NCBI GenBank assembly: GCA_963658395.1
Contig: CAVKPZ010000003.1
Location: 1-43,471 of the forward strand
Direction: 5' to 3'
Source of the DNA: Lachnospiraceae bacterium
GTDB lineage: Bacteria; Bacillota_I; Bacilli_A; RFN20; CAG-826
DNA: 43,471 nt
The notes beneath the pieces were generated by a model. It did not search any database. It had not been told where the DNA came from and worked only from the letters and a program-made list of their open reading frames with translations. The position numbers were made by a program, and so were the translations under genes. This document shows positions 42,232-43,471 of this stretch, piece by piece (positions within the stretch are counted from its first letter, which is position 1; the number at the start of each line of letters is the position of its first letter).

Positions 42232-43320
42232 ATGGATTTATGGAAGATAAAAAGCACCCTCAAGACCGCTTCAAACGTTTTGGATGCGCTGACGAGCCAA
42301 AATGGGCCTTTGACCCCGGAAAACGCCCTCAAACTGATTTTCGAAAGGCGCTTTTCGACCATCGACGGCTTCAAATCTTCCTGGGATTATCTGGAATGTT
42401 GCTCTTTTGAGGACTTCCCTGATCTCCAAAAAGGGAAGATGATCCCCATCTATTCGAACGGGACGAGGCTTTGCCTGCATCTTTATGAGCAACCTTCTCC
42501 CAAAGGGCTTTTCCTCTGCGTGCATGGCATCGGAGGGCTGTCGGAAGATTCCTCTTCTTGCATCCACGACTACTTGTTCCGCCACGGCTACGACGTCGCG
42601 GCATTGGACCTGACCTCCTCGGGCAGAAGCGACGGGGTGGGGGTCAAAGGGCTTTCGCAAAGCGCTTTGGATGTGTTCGCGGCGATAAGCTTCCTTCATG
42701 GCTCTAGCTTAAAAGGTCTGCCTCTTTTCTTGCTTGGGCACTCCTGGGGGGCCTATGGGGTCTCTGCCGCCCTGCGCTTTGATCAAACCCCTTTGGCGGT
42801 CTTCGAACTTTCTGGCTTTGTGGATCCTGTCGCCATCATGACCTCTCTCCCTTCTTCTTATATCGGTTTCGATCTATCCTTTACCGAGCCCTCGCTTAGG
42901 AAAGCGATGGAAGAAAGAGATCCGGAGCATGCCTTCCTGTCCGCAAAAGAGGCGGTGGAGGATGCGAAAAACGTTTATTGCGTCCTCATCCAGGGCGATT
43001 TGGATAAAGTGGTGGTGCCCAAGGCGGCTTTGTACAGCGCGGATTATCGTAGAAACGGGATTGAAAAAATCCACATGAAGGGCAGGGGGCACGGCGATGT
43101 GATGATGTCCCAAGCCAGCGTTGACTATCTTAGACAGGCGAAAGAAGCCAATGCCTCCCTCTATTCGAAATACAAGAGGAACCCTTCCAAAATGTCCGTA
43201 GAAGACCTGCGAAACTACGAATCATCCTTTGATAAGCGCATGGCCTCCGTCCTTGATCAAGGACTCTTTGAAAGAATCGTGAGCATCGCGGATTCTTTCT
43301 CGCGAAAGGCACTAGACTAG
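42232..43320 (+). CDS. Alpha/beta-fold serine hydrolase, specificity unknown
   Basis: 362 aa. Oxyanion-region LFLCVHGIGG, nucleophile elbow GHSWGAYG, C-terminal GRGHGD (candidate His). The start is uncertain; the next in-frame ATG is about 70 codons downstream. Confidence 0.6.
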   Translation: MDLWKIKSTLKTASNVLDALTSQNGPLTPENALKLIFERRFSTIDGFKSSWDYLECCSFEDFPDLQKGKMIPIYSNGTRLCLHLYEQPSPKGLFLCVHGIGGLSEDSSSCIHDYLFRHGYDVAALDLTSSGRSDGVGVKGLSQSALDVFAAISFLHGSSLKGLPLFLLGHSWGAYGVSAALRFDQTPLAVFELSGFVDPVAIMTSLPSSYIGFDLSFTEPSLRKAMEERDPEHAFLSAKEAVEDAKNVYCVLIQGDLDKVVVPKAALYSADYRRNGIEKIHMKGRGHGDVMMSQASVDYLRQAKEANASLYSKYKRNPSKMSVEDLRNYESSFDKRMASVLDQGLFERIVSIADSFSRKALD

Positions 43321-43348
43321 GCCGCCTGCCAAAACGCGAAAAAATAGT

Positions 43349-43378
43349 TTGATTATTGAGATTTTGGACGTCTATAAT
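43349..43378 (+). promoter_or_regulatory. Putative sigma-A promoter of the tRNA-Ala gene
   Basis: TTGATT (43349-43354), 18-nt spacer, TATAAT (43373-43378), 34 nt upstream of the tRNA 5' end. Confidence 0.55.
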
Positions 43379-43411
43379 AGCAAAGCCGTTTTAAGCGGCA
43401 GGTAATCTAGC

Positions 43412-43471
43412 GGGACCTTAGCTCAGCTGGGAGAGCGCGTGCTTTGCAAGCATGAGGTCGCCGGTTCGATC
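43412..43471 (+). tRNA. tRNA-Ala (anticodon UGC), 3' end truncated by the window edge
   Basis: Hand fold: acceptor GGGACCT, D-arm GCTC-AGCTGGGA-GAGC, anticodon stem CGTGC/GCATG with loop TTTGCAA (anticodon TGC), variable AGGTC, T-arm GCCGG-TTCGATC... The rest is missing. Confidence 0.85.

Noticed and set aside
42162-42374. 71-codon extension of the pdxK ORF. Similar 5' extensions occur at 23568-23657, 32191-32232, 25879-25899 (TTG), 38444-38473 (TTG), 33936-33941 (GTG) and 2494-2520.
   Set aside because: The extensions run through intergenic or neighbouring-gene sequence and have no homology to the families concerned. In most cases they are replaced by a downstream ATG with a good AGGAGG-type SD and a proper signal peptide or a conserved N-terminus.
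1-43471. Screen for CRISPR arrays, IS/transposase or integrase genes, prophage modules, toxin-antitoxin pairs, restriction-modification or other known defence genes, and long DNA-level direct or inverted repeats.
   Set aside because: None was seen. No spaced direct repeats, no DDE/tyrosine/serine recombinase motifs and no nuclease/methylase/ATPase defence signatures appear in any of the long ORFs. Paralogy in the window exists at the protein level only.
43412-43471. tRNA-Ala(UGC) considered as part of an rRNA operon spacer or as an island integration site.
   Set aside because: It has its own near-consensus promoter, and no 16S sequence lies upstream in the window. No integrase or direct repeat of the tRNA 3' end is visible, and the 3' end lies outside the window, so neither idea can be supported.

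Overview
This 43.5-kb window looks like it comes from a monoderm, Bacillota/Mollicutes-like genome. The taxon call is inference only, based on the standard code with TGA stops, AGGAGG-type Shine-Dalgarno sites, sigma-A-like promoters and nine Cys-lipobox lipoproteins. The layout has four parts. (i) 254-13996 encodes six large secreted or lipid-anchored surface proteins: a two-gene and a three-gene plus-strand operon, plus one minus-strand gene. They are built from Ig-like, BspA-type LRR, Listeria-Bacteroides repeat, PPC-like and InlB-B-repeat-like modules, and I recognise no catalytic domain in any of them. (ii) 14049-33784 is an AraC-associated, Gram-positive-style polysaccharide utilisation locus. 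Its core is a tightly packed, probably nine-gene minus-strand operon (32190 down to 17982). In transcription order the operon encodes an LplA-like lipoprotein solute-binding protein, two LplB/LplC-like permeases, an unknown lipoprotein, a lipoprotein TIM-barrel-like hydrolase candidate, a secreted protein made of an unassigned ~100-aa repeat, a cytoplasmic paralog of the hydrolase candidate, a GH2-like enzyme and a GH78-like enzyme. Around the operon sit a second GH78-like paralog, a second repeat protein and a third hydrolase-candidate lipoprotein. (iii) 33942-38094 is a clear uxaB-uxaA-uxaC hexuronate operon. (iv) 38474-43471 is housekeeping: a fused MacB/FtsX-type ABC transporter, pyridoxal/pyridoxamine kinase, an alpha/beta hydrolase and a tRNA-Ala(UGC) truncated by the window edge. 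I found no CRISPR array, transposase, integrase, phage gene, rRNA or recognisable defence gene. The most promising undescribed biology is the set of co-transcribed, non-catalytic lipoproteins. Two families I cannot place come next: the ~100-aa repeat, and the three-member xDEP TIM-barrel-like family. These could together form a lipoprotein-based glycan capture and degradation system, but that reading is inference from sequence alone. Several ORFs in the supplied track are over-extended at the 5' end. I re-set their starts using Shine-Dalgarno sites, signal peptides and ATGA-type stop/start overlaps.
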